Positions 49,590 to 59,487 of a stretch of 64,000 bases of DNA are shown one piece after another. The notes below the pieces were generated by a model. That model searched no databases and was not told the origin of the DNA. It saw nothing but the letters and a program-made list of their open reading frames with translations. Every line of letters begins with the position of its first letter. Positions within the stretch are counted from its first letter, which is position 1. Position numbers and translations under genes: made by a program. The DNA is from an uncultured virus (IMG/VR IMGVR_UViG_3300028048_000125) (Duplodnaviria > Heunggongvirae > Uroviricota > Caudoviricetes). The DNA lies in the IMG/VR virus record IMGVR_UViG_3300028048_000125; one strand, 5' to 3'.

Positions 49590-50606
49590 TCAATCTCCTT
49601 TGTTGTGTTGAATGAGCCGCTGCATTTCTTCAAGCTGCTTGTCGAAATCACAAAGCTCAAATGTGCTGTCGAGTCTGCAATCTCTAATGTAGCGCTGCAC
49701 CGGATAAGATGCTTTCAGAAGCTCCCAGATCTTGCATGCCAGCAGTCTGGCTTGAGGATGTGCACCCTTTGGCAGCCGAAGATTCAACAGATACATCCAA
49801 TTCAGAAGAGAACCTGACATTACAACCGTTGTCGCTGTACTGAGCGGCAGCACATTCCTGGCAGCTTCCGGAGCAATTTTGTGCTCGATAAGGAGCCGAT
49901 ACGCTGCTATGGATGCTGCACAAGTGTTGTACCATGTCTGGTGTTCAGCAGATGCCGGGTCGTATGCAAACGCAAACGGCTCCGGGAGGATGACCGCGAA
50001 GGGATGTCTTGAGAAATTGACATACCTTGTAGATTGCTGATTGACAGAGGGCTCCGGCACATATTCAACTGAGTAACTTGTATAGCCGTTCTCATATCCG
50101 CTGTCATCATACGACATGGTGCGATGACGGAAGAACTCAGTAGCAACACCTCTGTCAGTGATCATTTCGATGACTGCATGGTCTGGTGCTAGCTGCACGG
50201 CATCCGTCTCATAGAGATCTAGCGATGGATCATACGCTGACATGTACATATAAACATCTCTCAGATTACCTGCCACATACTCGCCTCGATCATCCTTGCC
50301 TCGATAGAAGCCCCCACGTGTCAGGCTCCTGTTCGACCAAGGATAATCTCCGGACGACGCGGCATGATAAAGACCATGAACATAACATCTCATAGCGTTG
50401 TCTGGGATCTCGTTTATATAAATATGTATATACGCATGTTCCAGCGGTGTGTAATGCCCTCTGTTTGTCAACGCTTTGACAAAGGGTTTGGCCGATCCTT
50501 CCATGATCTTATCCGTACTCGCATAGCAAACACGAGCAGCATACTCGATCAACTCCAGCGGCCTGCGCCCTGTTATCAGTTTCGCTTCTTGCTGTATTAC
50601 TTCCAT
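49590..50606 (-). CDS. thyX: flavin-dependent thymidylate synthase
   Basis: AARVCY, GHYTPLEH, RHR...QQSTRY, PEAARNVLP, LRL...AHPQ; start moved to MEVIQ. Confidence 0.88.
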   Translation of the reverse strand: MEVIQQEAKLITGRRPLELIEYAARVCYASTDKIMEGSAKPFVKALTNRGHYTPLEHAYIHIYINEIPDNAMRCYVHGLYHAASSGDYPWSNRSLTRGGFYRGKDDRGEYVAGNLRDVYMYMSAYDPSLDLYETDAVQLAPDHAVIEMITDRGVATEFFRHRTMSYDDSGYENGYTSYSVEYVPEPSVNQQSTRYVNFSRHPFAVILPEPFAFAYDPASAEHQTWYNTCAASIAAYRLLIEHKIAPEAARNVLPLSTATTVVMSGSLLNWMYLLNLRLPKGAHPQARLLACKIWELLKASYPVQRYIRDCRLDSTFELCDFDKQLEEMQRLIQHNKGD

Positions 50607-50702
50607 AGGCTCACCGTGTGAAGATGGCAATGATACCTGCCACAAAGCTCCAAACGACAAGCCCCACGAAGATACCAGCAAATGCGCCAAGAATAGTCAG
50701 CA

Positions 50703-51683
50703 TTATTCCAACCCTTTCTCGCACTGCTCCAGCAATGGCGCCAGTGCGTCCTGTTTATGTTTGTCCAGCAACAGCTGCTTTGTGGGATTATCAACCTGAA
50801 TATCTGTATAGGAAGCCAGCGACGGAACACAGCTGAGAATCATATAGCGCTTATCCAGCTTCAGCATAGAACCATTATAAATTGGCACGGATGCATCTCT
50901 GCTATACATATCCATATAGTTGTCCGTATCAGGTGACAAGACTCGGAACAATGTGGACTCCGGCAACGGATTAGTAGCTTGTACATAATCCGCAAGAATT
51001 GACAGCTCTTTTTGCATCAGAAGCTCTGCGTCCGCGAGACCATCAGGCGCCCCGACACAATAGTGCGTATAGCCGTTGACATTGCCGACAATCCGCTGAT
51101 AGAAAGAAAACGGATAAAGTTCCAGAAGACTCCTGGAAAACCAGACTGCCATATCCCTCTGATAGGCTGCCTCGATCTTTCTGTTGATATCCAAAGTATG
51201 GCATAGCAACAGTCCGTTTTGTGCTACTTTGCTTTTCGGGAACTGGACAGTACGTATAAGCTCCTGAGGGACCATTGTCTGGAAACCCCGCAGCCTGAGC
51301 TGATAATCCATAATTTCCGCAGTGCGTGCAGCATATTTCAAATATGTCTGCAGAAGCATAGAGGGCGTAACAGCCTCAGACATGGCTCCGGCCCTCATAG
51401 GCACCAGCAGATCCAGACTCAGCGGGATCTCCTCATCCGACAGCGCAGGCTCCGTCACTGCATGGAGCGCCCAGATCCTGACATCATACATTATGATGCG
51501 CTCCAGCAGATAAGACAGAGTCTCCTGAGTGCCACCAGAGAACTGTAGGCCTTCGGACGCCGCCCAATGCAGACCGTCATCCCGATGGACAAACAGAATC
51601 CATTTATGTGTTTTACATAACAGTGCACCAAACAGATTTGCAATCATCTGTCGGCGCGCCTGTTCCTCTTGTGCTGCGGTCAT
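50703..51683 (-). CDS. hypothetical protein
   Basis: 326 aa ORF. Confidence 0.7.
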   Translation of the reverse strand: MTAAQEEQARRQMIANLFGALLCKTHKWILFVHRDDGLHWAASEGLQFSGGTQETLSYLLERIIMYDVRIWALHAVTEPALSDEEIPLSLDLLVPMRAGAMSEAVTPSMLLQTYLKYAARTAEIMDYQLRLRGFQTMVPQELIRTVQFPKSKVAQNGLLLCHTLDINRKIEAAYQRDMAVWFSRSLLELYPFSFYQRIVGNVNGYTHYCVGAPDGLADAELLMQKELSILADYVQATNPLPESTLFRVLSPDTDNYMDMYSRDASVPIYNGSMLKLDKRYMILSCVPSLASYTDIQVDNPTKQLLLDKHKQDALAPLLEQCEKGLE

Positions 51684-51838
51684 TTCGTGGCCAGTTCCTT
51701 AAGCGTTGCTGGCTCGGAGTCGTCCGATGCCTGCTTGATCTGGGCGTGTTCTGCACAAACCGGAGGATAGGTGTCCGGTAAGGCATCTGCACTGCAATAG
51801 GTGCAGGGAATGTGTTCGGAAGAGTTTTTGTCCATGTG

Positions 51839-52387
51839 TCATACTCCATCTGGAATTTGAATAAGGATAAGATTCGTGATGCCAGCTTTATCAGTGGCCT
51901 GGAATCCTGTGTACATGTACCGGCGATCCGGTACCGAACTGATACGCAGCACCTGTGTAGGTTTACCATCAGGGCCTAGACTGGCCTGCTGCGGGATGAA
52001 AGATCGAGGTGTCAGACCCAACAGCGCACATCCAACGCCTGGGCATACCTGTGCATACTGCGACGGGATTCCGCCGAAGCCTTCCACTGTAATAGTGGCA
52101 TCGACAAATCCAGCCGGTTCGGCAACAGCCGCCGCTTTCTTGCGCGTCTTCTTTGCCTTAGTTGACACCTGTTGGGCTGCCCGCATGGCTTCAAGCTCTG
52201 CCATCTGGGAATCGGCCTGTTCGAGTCTCGCATCAAGGTCTTCGCCTTCTCTGGCGCCAGAATCGGTAGCGTGCCTGGCCATCAGCGTGCCATCAGCCAG
52301 CTTCAGCAATCCGGACTCAGTCATGACACCAGGCGAGCGTGGCTCTATCTTTGTCTTTAGAGCCTTTGATTGTTCTGTAAGTGCCAT
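51839..52387 (-). CDS. hypothetical protein
   Basis: 182 aa ORF, GAGG RBS. Confidence 0.65.
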   Translation of the reverse strand: MALTEQSKALKTKIEPRSPGVMTESGLLKLADGTLMARHATDSGAREGEDLDARLEQADSQMAELEAMRAAQQVSTKAKKTRKKAAAVAEPAGFVDATITVEGFGGIPSQYAQVCPGVGCALLGLTPRSFIPQQASLGPDGKPTQVLRISSVPDRRYMYTGFQATDKAGITNLILIQIPDGV

Positions 52388-52396
52388 TGTATTACC

Positions 52397-53536
52397 TCAC
52401 AACAGTCTCACGGTTGTATATGGCGTCACGCTCAGTTCCAAAGCATGCGCCTCATGTGCCCCTAGTCGAGCTTGGGACAGCACAGCAGTAGCACCTTCTC
52501 CAAGATGCAGATTTCCTTGCCATGCAGAATTACTCTTAGCACGACCATTCAGTATCAGAGTACTGCCGCTGTCGAGCGAAATGTTTCCGGTTAGCACACG
52601 AAGACCATAAGTACTTTCATCAATATACTCCTTGGCTTCGATGAACTGATCGATACCGACAACAACGTCGTCACCAATCTCCACCTTATTCTGTGTGGCT
52701 GCATACTCGGTGTTATGGCACTGCATGGAAGCCATAATCGTAACCCGGCTGCCGATATTCGTCTCGTCTATGAGCTCCAGCTGTGGAATTAGTGCTGTCA
52801 AAACACTATCCGAATTCAAGAAGCCCCGTGCTGCAGGATGTCCGTCTGGTACCTTTGTGACATCGACAAGCTCTCCGAGGCAGGTCTGCAACAGATTGCT
52901 GTAGCCACCTATCAGCACATCGTCTCCGGCATCGATCGTAATATCACTGAGCAGTATCCTGGAGCGAATGATGACAGTTCTGTTACCGAATCTGAATAGA
53001 GGAGTGCTGGTATTCGTCTCGTCAGCTGTCAGACATCGAAATCTGCAGCGTGGCCTGCAGATACTGATTTGGACATTTGTCAGCAGCGAGTTATTCCCGA
53101 TCACCACCTCTGGCGTTGTATGCTGGTATGCGAAGTCATTCTCAAGCTGCGAGCCATAGATGCAGCTGTCATGCCCCAGGGTAGTCTGCATGTCCACCTG
53201 TGACCATGAGACCACGGAATTCTTGCCTATGTGGATAATGCGAGGGAGCGCACCTTGTATAGGCTTTCCAAACATACAATTCACGGCCACCGCACCTGGT
53301 TCCATGATAACTGTGGTCTCCGGTGCGACCATGCAGCCAAGCATCTTGCAGTCACCCTTCATGACCACCTCGCCAAAGACAAAACTGTCTTTAACCATAG
53401 TGCGATCGGTAACACTGCCGTGTATGCTGCTGTATGGATAAGCACAAGACTCGTAATCATGCACAGCTGCCTCATAGATAGCCTTGATATAAGCTGCTAC
53501 TGGCTGCTTTATGTGTTGTTGAATATAGTCTCTCAT
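52397..53536 (-). CDS. beta-solenoid (hexapeptide-repeat-like) protein
   Basis: repeated IGxNS / IGDDV / LGEGA turns. Confidence 0.55.
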   Translation of the reverse strand: MRDYIQQHIKQPVAAYIKAIYEAAVHDYESCAYPYSSIHGSVTDRTMVKDSFVFGEVVMKGDCKMLGCMVAPETTVIMEPGAVAVNCMFGKPIQGALPRIIHIGKNSVVSWSQVDMQTTLGHDSCIYGSQLENDFAYQHTTPEVVIGNNSLLTNVQISICRPRCRFRCLTADETNTSTPLFRFGNRTVIIRSRILLSDITIDAGDDVLIGGYSNLLQTCLGELVDVTKVPDGHPAARGFLNSDSVLTALIPQLELIDETNIGSRVTIMASMQCHNTEYAATQNKVEIGDDVVVGIDQFIEAKEYIDESTYGLRVLTGNISLDSGSTLILNGRAKSNSAWQGNLHLGEGATAVLSQARLGAHEAHALELSVTPYTTVRLL

Positions 53537-53580
53537 TGCGATTAAAAAAGCCGCCAGGGTTGGCTGGCGGCATGGTGCTG

Positions 53581-54756
53581 TCAGCTGAGCGCGTCCCTGA
53601 CAGCTGCAAGTTTCTTTGCATAGTTTTTGATGCCTGCTGCATACAGGTTTGCCATCCTGCGGGAAATGACGATTCCAAGATCACGGCATTTACGGATCTC
53701 TTCATCAATGTCTTCCTGCGACATGTTGTCTGCAACAGGGCAGCCAAGATACGCAAGCACATCTTCGAGCGCCTTGACATTGGCGGGAGTAGCCGCTGCA
53801 GGTGCTTTACGAACACGTGTATGCTTCGGTCTCTCTGCTTCGGGCGGATTCTGGTCCTTGCCTTCTTCGACCTCGCTGATTGCTTCAACTACCGTCTCAG
53901 CAACCTGAACCGCGGTATCCACAGCCTGCTCAGCAATCGCCTCAGCCTGTTCAGGCTGAACATCTTCAACCTGCGGCTCAGGCTGCGGGGCAGAAACTGC
54001 TGCAACAGGTTCCGTCGGCGCTTGCGCTGCCTTTGCTGCTTTAGTGGGGTTTGCGAGTCCTCTCATTGTCTTATCGACCACCTTTATGAGCCTTGAATAA
54101 GCTTTTTGCTCGTTATTCCAACCATCCAGTCGGTACTGCTCGTTGTTAATATAGAGCTGCTCATTGATAAGCTCATCCTGTTTGATCCTGGACATCGTAA
54201 CCAATAACCAGGACGTAGCGCTGCCCAGGAGTAACGCCAAGTCCGGTGTAGCCTTTAAGCGAACAAGCTGTGCATTCAACTCTTTCAGAGTTACTGCACC
54301 CTGTACTCGCCATCTGACCTCATTGGGAAGATAGAACAAGACTTTCCTCACCCATTGAAAATAGGTGGAATCGCCCCACGATAATCCTCCCTTGTAGTAA
54401 GCTGCTGTTCCGCGTCTCTCAAAGACGGCCAATTCTTGATTCGCCTTGCAAGGACCGTCGTTCAGGAAACAGGCCTCCAGCAGCGAATTGCTCTCCAGTG
54501 GAATTGCATCTGGATAGAACATATTCTCTGCTAAAACCTTTTCCGGGTCTTCAATTGACTTAAGCGGTAGGTCGGCTACCGTATAATGCTTATCAAGTTC
54601 CAGCTTCTCAGCCGGGGCATAGTCATAATAAACGCTTTTCGGGCACGCACAGATCTCCACGCGAGAGTCGATCATATGCGTTTGGAAGCGGCAGGCAGAT
54701 GGCTTTGGACAAGCTTTCGCCTCATCCTCCCAGATAGCCCTCAGCAGTTGTTTCAT
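53581..54756 (-). CDS. hypothetical protein with Ala/Glu/Pro-rich linker
   Basis: 391 aa ORF. Confidence 0.7.
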   Translation of the reverse strand: MKQLLRAIWEDEAKACPKPSACRFQTHMIDSRVEICACPKSVYYDYAPAEKLELDKHYTVADLPLKSIEDPEKVLAENMFYPDAIPLESNSLLEACFLNDGPCKANQELAVFERRGTAAYYKGGLSWGDSTYFQWVRKVLFYLPNEVRWRVQGAVTLKELNAQLVRLKATPDLALLLGSATSWLLVTMSRIKQDELINEQLYINNEQYRLDGWNNEQKAYSRLIKVVDKTMRGLANPTKAAKAAQAPTEPVAAVSAPQPEPQVEDVQPEQAEAIAEQAVDTAVQVAETVVEAISEVEEGKDQNPPEAERPKHTRVRKAPAAATPANVKALEDVLAYLGCPVADNMSQEDIDEEIRKCRDLGIVISRRMANLYAAGIKNYAKKLAAVRDALS

Positions 54757-55258
54757 CTAACGTCGCTCCTTTTAGCATCTTGTTCACATGCAGTTCCAGC
54801 ACCCGGTCATAGATCGCATCAATCATACTTGAGATGTTTCGGATCTTAACATAGGTCTGGTCGTGCAGGTAAGATGCTGGTGTAAATTGACCAGTCAGAG
54901 GGCGAGTGTCGCACAGGTCGTCCACATCTACGTGGACATAGAGCCTGTTGCACTTTACTGTGAATAGAACACCTGGAAACTCTGCTTCCAGTGTTGCAAC
55001 GTATTCTTTCAGTTGTGATTGGAACAGCCTAAAGATAAGTTCGAAATCCAGCACAGCCTTTCCTTTGATATTAAAGGCTATCTGCTGGCGGCCTGACAAC
55101 TGTTCCATCCATGTTGGCGGACCACAGTCAATCCGCTTCTCCGGATCAGGATTGTCCGGATCCTTTATTGGAAATATTGCGCGGAACAAAGTAGTCACAC
55201 TTTCTGTGGCTGTTTTCGGGTCTACACCAGTACGGGTACGGACACTGATACACGCCAA
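54722..55258 (-). CDS. hypothetical protein
   Basis: ORF; start uncertain. Confidence 0.5.
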   Translation of the reverse strand: MACISVRTRTGVDPKTATESVTTLFRAIFPIKDPDNPDPEKRIDCGPPTWMEQLSGRQQIAFNIKGKAVLDFELIFRLFQSQLKEYVATLEAEFPGVLFTVKCNRLYVHVDVDDLCDTRPLTGQFTPASYLHDQTYVKIRNISSMIDAIYDRVLELHVNKMLKGATLDETTAEGYLGG

Positions 55259-55523
55259 AAGACGTCCTACGTCCGTGTTTACATTGAGCGCATGGTGCCC
55301 ATTCAGCCAGTTTATTATGAAAGAATTCCGCTACCTGCTTAATCTGTTCCGTTGTCATATCAGAAATATGAATTTCAGGCACAGAAAGGCTGGTAGCTAT
55401 CATCTGATATATGTCATCTCTCGTATATGGGAGTATGACCCAGAAGTAGTCTACCAGCTCGTGCAGTTTAGCGCGTTCGATCAGCAGCGCTTCCGTGGTG
55501 TGGAAACGAGTGCTCTCACTCAC
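55146..55523 (-). CDS. hypothetical protein with Cys-rich tail
   Basis: 125 aa ORF, coupled to the RusA-like gene. Confidence 0.55.
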   Translation of the reverse strand: MSESTRFHTTEALLIERAKLHELVDYFWVILPYTRDDIYQMIATSLSVPEIHISDMTTEQIKQVAEFFHNKLAEWAPCAQCKHGRRTSFGVYQCPYPYWCRPENSHRKCDYFVPRNISNKGSGQS

Positions 55524-55986
55524 CTGCTGTTTTGCCGTCTATGAGCATGACATCCGGAGTCTCTTTGAACTCTAACTCTATATGGTCCTCAAGAGCATAC
55601 TGTTTCGTAACCTCTCCATTGATAAGCCATATCTGAGCATCGTCCTCGAAGACGAGACCTTTGCACACGTCTATAACGCCCTTATTCAGATTGTCGGTAA
55701 TATCTGCAGGGGCGAGATATGGTATCACGCCACCATTTTGCACATATTCGACGACTTTCTTCTTGGCATATTTCGGCAAACGATAGTAGTATCGCATTGC
55801 CACTACCTGAATTGGCAGTTTAGACGGTGGCTGCCCCGCACATGCTTTCTCGATATAGGGTCGTATTTCGGCCTTCCACTTGCGGACTTTAGGGTCCACG
55901 TATACAAACCTCCCTGTATGTCGAGCGGATTGTACAGCTTTAGGTCTTACGGGAATCGAGATGTGCCATGTGCGGGGTTCAGTCAT
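55516..55986 (-). CDS. RusA-like Holliday junction resolvase
   Basis: PKA..SAR, DITDNLNKGVID, FEDDAQI. Confidence 0.8.
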   Translation of the reverse strand: MTEPRTWHISIPVRPKAVQSARHTGRFVYVDPKVRKWKAEIRPYIEKACAGQPPSKLPIQVVAMRYYYRLPKYAKKKVVEYVQNGGVIPYLAPADITDNLNKGVIDVCKGLVFEDDAQIWLINGEVTKQYALEDHIELEFKETPDVMLIDGKTAGE

Positions 55987-56008
55987 AGGATGTCAGCTCC
56001 TCAGTTGA

Positions 56009-56602
56009 TTAGCAGGTGTGACCCTTGGTGCTGGCCTGACGGGTGTTCAGCTTGATCACGGTGTCAGCCTGCAGCTTGGTGCTGCGGCGGGATTCCTCGG
56101 ATTCGAGATACTGTCCGAGGTATTTGACCGTGGCTTCACGCATCTGCTGATCGTTGTAGCCGGAGCGCTGCTTGACAGCCTGGGTGTTGAGGGCATCCCA
56201 GACGGAGGTGGTACCGGGAGTGATGTTGAGCGGGACATTGATGATGCCACCCTGGATCTCAACGATCACACGGCCAGTCGCGCCGTTGGCATTGGCTGCC
56301 TGCGGAGCTTCGCTCTGGTCAACGCCGAGCTCTTCCGCGACTTCTTCTTCATCCAGATCGTCGAACTCGCAATCGAATTCGATTTCATCGCCATCCTTGG
56401 CGTCGGCATCCATGAGGGCCTCGAAGAGGCGGTCGCCGGCCTCGACACTGGCACCGGCGATGGAGACAACGTCGTCTTCGGTGACGCCGAGAGCGTCGAC
56501 CTCGTCGCTGTTGATGATTTCGGAGAACTTGGTACCGGCGGCAACGCGGACGGTTTTGGTGTTGGAAACGGAGTCGATGAGGGTGATGCTGATGTTGGAC
56601 AT
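56009..56602 (-). CDS. tandem ubiquitin-like (beta-grasp) protein ending in TKG-HTC
   Basis: two beta-grasp-like units separated by an acidic linker; position in E1/E2/JAB operon; start moved to MSNIS. Confidence 0.65.
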   Translation of the reverse strand: MSNISITLIDSVSNTKTVRVAAGTKFSEIINSDEVDALGVTEDDVVSIAGASVEAGDRLFEALMDADAKDGDEIEFDCEFDDLDEEEVAEELGVDQSEAPQAANANGATGRVIVEIQGGIINVPLNITPGTTSVWDALNTQAVKQRSGYNDQQMREATVKYLGQYLESEESRRSTKLQADTVIKLNTRQASTKGHTC

Positions 56603-56650
56603 AGTGTGGATCCTTTGTGTTTGTTGTTTTTGAAACATGGGTTTGCCTGA

Positions 56651-57025
56651 TCAGGCGTTGATGATTGCTCTCTCGAAATCCTTGAGAGCAGCGAGGATGT
56701 TGCGCTTCATTTCTTCGGCGCGGTCGGAGCAGCACTCAGGGCTGCACCCATTACTTACTGTAGCACGCTGTTTGATGTCACGCGAAACGCGCATCTGGAC
56801 ATCATTCGTGTCGAAGATGACGATGTCATTGTCACGCAACAGCGCGTTACGAAGATGGCCAATGTAGCTGTGACCATTGCGGATAATGCGAATACGCGCA
56901 TCTTCCACATCATAGCCACCAGTTTCAAGGGCCCGCTTCAGCTTGTCAACAGTGGTGTTACCGTTGATGGCAAGCTTGTTGGTTCTGACAGACTTTACGA
57001 GGAAAGTCACTGTCTTTTCGCTCAT
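56651..57025 (-). CDS. ubiquitin-like domain protein
   Basis: TVTFLV...TTVDKLK...RIIRNG...LLRDNDIVIF beta-grasp pattern. Confidence 0.6.
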   Translation of the reverse strand: MSEKTVTFLVKSVRTNKLAINGNTTVDKLKRALETGGYDVEDARIRIIRNGHSYIGHLRNALLRDNDIVIFDTNDVQMRVSRDIKQRATVSNGCSPECCSDRAEEMKRNILAALKDFERAIINA

Positions 57026-57933
57026 TAATTACCTCCTTGGGGTGTTGTGAGCATGTGGGTTAACGGTACTGACTTGAACGTGTTCTCGTCCAGTACCACT
57101 TCGTTGTAACGACACGTCTGCCCCTTGCGAGTGGGGAAATCGCTCAGAGTTCCATGCGTTACCCAATGTACGAACATTTCCATCATCTTAATAGCGACAG
57201 CACAATTGGTGAGCGCGACCTGGTCGTGCTTCGGTGCAACAATTGTACAAGCGATCTCATCGGGTCGCTTGTCACGATCAGGACGGATGTTGTCAAACAG
57301 CTCCGGGAGATTCGGATCCAAAGCTCTACCCTCCATCCTTTCGTAAATGCTGACCTCACCAGTTGTCTTTTCGTTTCCGCCATTGATAACCAAAATGTTA
57401 TTGAAGGCCTCGGCGTACATCGAGATCTCATAACGGGTTTTTGCGTTATCAACGCAGATGAAGATAACAGGAATGTCCATTACATACATACGATTGCCAA
57501 TCAGCCGATCGGAAAGACAGAGATCATCGAACGTTTTTGTATTCTCTGCGTTTTCTTCCGGATTCTTAACCGGTATAATGTTCCCGATATTCTGCGGCGT
57601 AAGATAACAATTGTAGCCGTCCAGTTTAATGTTCCGCAGGAAAGTCTTGCGGATCATCTTCTCCTGCAGGTCGAGCATACGCTGCATCATCTTATTGCCA
57701 GCCCCTGCACCCTGTCGGATCGCATTGTGGGGATCAAACGTATCCCCATCGATCAGGGTGATGCTGTCAACAATAGATGGCAGTGCGCATTTGCCTGCAT
57801 TAGTCATGAATGGCGAAATGTCGATACTGTTCTGCTCAAGGAAGTCTAGGCACATACTTGCACAGCACTCTGACAAGAGCTGTGTCACGTAGCCGCCTAT
57901 CCCTCCGCAGCCTACAACGTAAAGCCTCAGCAC
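57025..57933 (-). CDS. ThiF/E1-family activating enzyme
   Basis: VVGCGGIGG, IDGD.FDPHNAIRQ, CVDN.KTR, NGGN, candidate catalytic Cys in EIACT. Confidence 0.88.
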   Translation of the reverse strand: MLRLYVVGCGGIGGYVTQLLSECCASMCLDFLEQNSIDISPFMTNAGKCALPSIVDSITLIDGDTFDPHNAIRQGAGAGNKMMQRMLDLQEKMIRKTFLRNIKLDGYNCYLTPQNIGNIIPVKNPEENAENTKTFDDLCLSDRLIGNRMYVMDIPVIFICVDNAKTRYEISMYAEAFNNILVINGGNEKTTGEVSIYERMEGRALDPNLPELFDNIRPDRDKRPDEIACTIVAPKHDQVALTNCAVAIKMMEMFVHWVTHGTLSDFPTRKGQTCRYNEVVLDENTFKSVPLTHMLTTPQGGN

Positions 57934-59300
57934 TCCTCATCCTCCTCGTCTTTCGGATTAGCATGCTCTGCCTGTGCTGCCAGGATGGTCTCATATGCCT
58001 GCTTCAGCGTGGTCAGCCATGTGTTCACGGTATCATCGGACACACACGGCGTATCGGAATACGCGGACGCCGCTTTCTGAAGCAGATAGCACAGAGACTC
58101 GACATTGATATCATTGCCAAGTGCATTTCGCTTATCTACGATATTGAAGTCCGGTCGCAAGTCCATCAGCCCTTCGAAGATCTGTCTGGCTTCTTCGTCC
58201 TCCAGATCCTTCAGTACCGTTTCACCGGTCATCATATCTTCGATCGAGATAAGAACATCCGTCTTGTCGAGACTATCGACAATCATAATACCTGTGGTCA
58301 TCTCCAGAGGTCCTCGAACGGCCGGATCTGTGAAGACATCAACCAACATGGCAGCTGTATCACTGTCGTTGAGAGCATCGAGTATGGCATTCTTGAGCTC
58401 TTTGGTTGAGTCCACGGTAATCTCTGAGGCTGTAGTACCTGTGATATCATCTGCATAATCTGACTCCCATGCACCACTTGACCAGCCGCCGTACCATCTG
58501 CTGCCGTACCAGTCAGCACCATACCAGTTGCTTCCTCTATAGGTGTTGTACCAGCTGGAATAACCGTAATCAGGATCGTAGGTGTAACCTGCATAGTTGT
58601 CTGCTGGCTTGTAATGACCCGCAGGCAGGGTACGTTGTGAGACAACGGCGCCATTGTTGCCGTAGACTTTGACTGTCGCGGTTGGCTTGCGATAGGATTG
58701 GCGCTTAATTGTTTCAACCCACTCCTGCACAGGCTCATACACCTGTGTGAAGTCGACATCCTCCAGAACATCTTCGATGTCCTGATCTTCCTGCTGGCTC
58801 GGGAAGAAGACGGTGCACTTGATCTGAGATACCAGACCGTTGCGCAGGCCAAACACGATGTGCAGGCCATGTTTAAACTGCTGATCGTTCAGGTCTGTGC
58901 CGCTCCAGAACGCACCCATCTCAGGATGCGTATGGATGCTGCCAAGAAGGGCATACCCTTCCGGCATATCTTTTCCATCATCGTAGAAAGACACAGAGGC
59001 ACCGCTGCCATTCTGTTCCGGTACTTTGACAGCCCACTTCTTTTCTTCTGTGCTGTAATAGAGACTGTAGGCGGTCTCCATCTTGGGGAATTCGTGGATT
59101 GTCCCCAACACCTGCTTGAGAAGGTCTGCCTGCATCTTGGCGCCTATCCAGCGAGGACCATGGAACTTGTCTGTATCCAGTTCTTTACTAGCATAGGTTT
59201 GCAGATCTTCAAGGTTCTTTGGCTTAACCCAGCCATCGAGACACTCACTAATCAGTCGTACACGCACACCGTCGTTACCGACTACATAATCTTTACTCAC
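57927..59300 (-). CDS. JAB/MPN (JAMM) metalloprotease with long acidic C-terminus
   Basis: E...GSIHTHPEMGAFWSGTD (HxH-x7-SxxD). Confidence 0.85.
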   Translation of the reverse strand: MSKDYVVGNDGVRVRLISECLDGWVKPKNLEDLQTYASKELDTDKFHGPRWIGAKMQADLLKQVLGTIHEFPKMETAYSLYYSTEEKKWAVKVPEQNGSGASVSFYDDGKDMPEGYALLGSIHTHPEMGAFWSGTDLNDQQFKHGLHIVFGLRNGLVSQIKCTVFFPSQQEDQDIEDVLEDVDFTQVYEPVQEWVETIKRQSYRKPTATVKVYGNNGAVVSQRTLPAGHYKPADNYAGYTYDPDYGYSSWYNTYRGSNWYGADWYGSRWYGGWSSGAWESDYADDITGTTASEITVDSTKELKNAILDALNDSDTAAMLVDVFTDPAVRGPLEMTTGIMIVDSLDKTDVLISIEDMMTGETVLKDLEDEEARQIFEGLMDLRPDFNIVDKRNALGNDINVESLCYLLQKAASAYSDTPCVSDDTVNTWLTTLKQAYETILAAQAEHANPKDEEDEEC

Positions 59301-59487
59301 AGCGGTTCTCCCGTTTCAGTGCACTTGCAATGCATGCCTGAACATCACGCGACAATGTGAAGTTCCTGGTCACGTCCAGTGCGCTCTCGAAACATTTCTC
59401 AAAATTGTGTTCTGTCAGCATAGGAAGCTTCGTAACCTGTGGAAGCACCTTCTGCGGACGTTTGCGTTGTTTGATCGATTTAATCAT
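59293..59487 (-). CDS. small basic protein inside the Ubl operon
   Basis: 64 aa ORF overlapping both neighbours. Confidence 0.5.
   Translation of the reverse strand: MIKSIKQRKRPQKVLPQVTKLPMLTEHNFEKCFESALDVTRNFTLSRDVQACIASALKRENRCE

Noticed and set aside
57025..57933. ThiF/MoeB for thiamine or molybdopterin synthesis
   Set aside because: Neighbours are E2 and JAB genes, not cofactor biosynthesis genes
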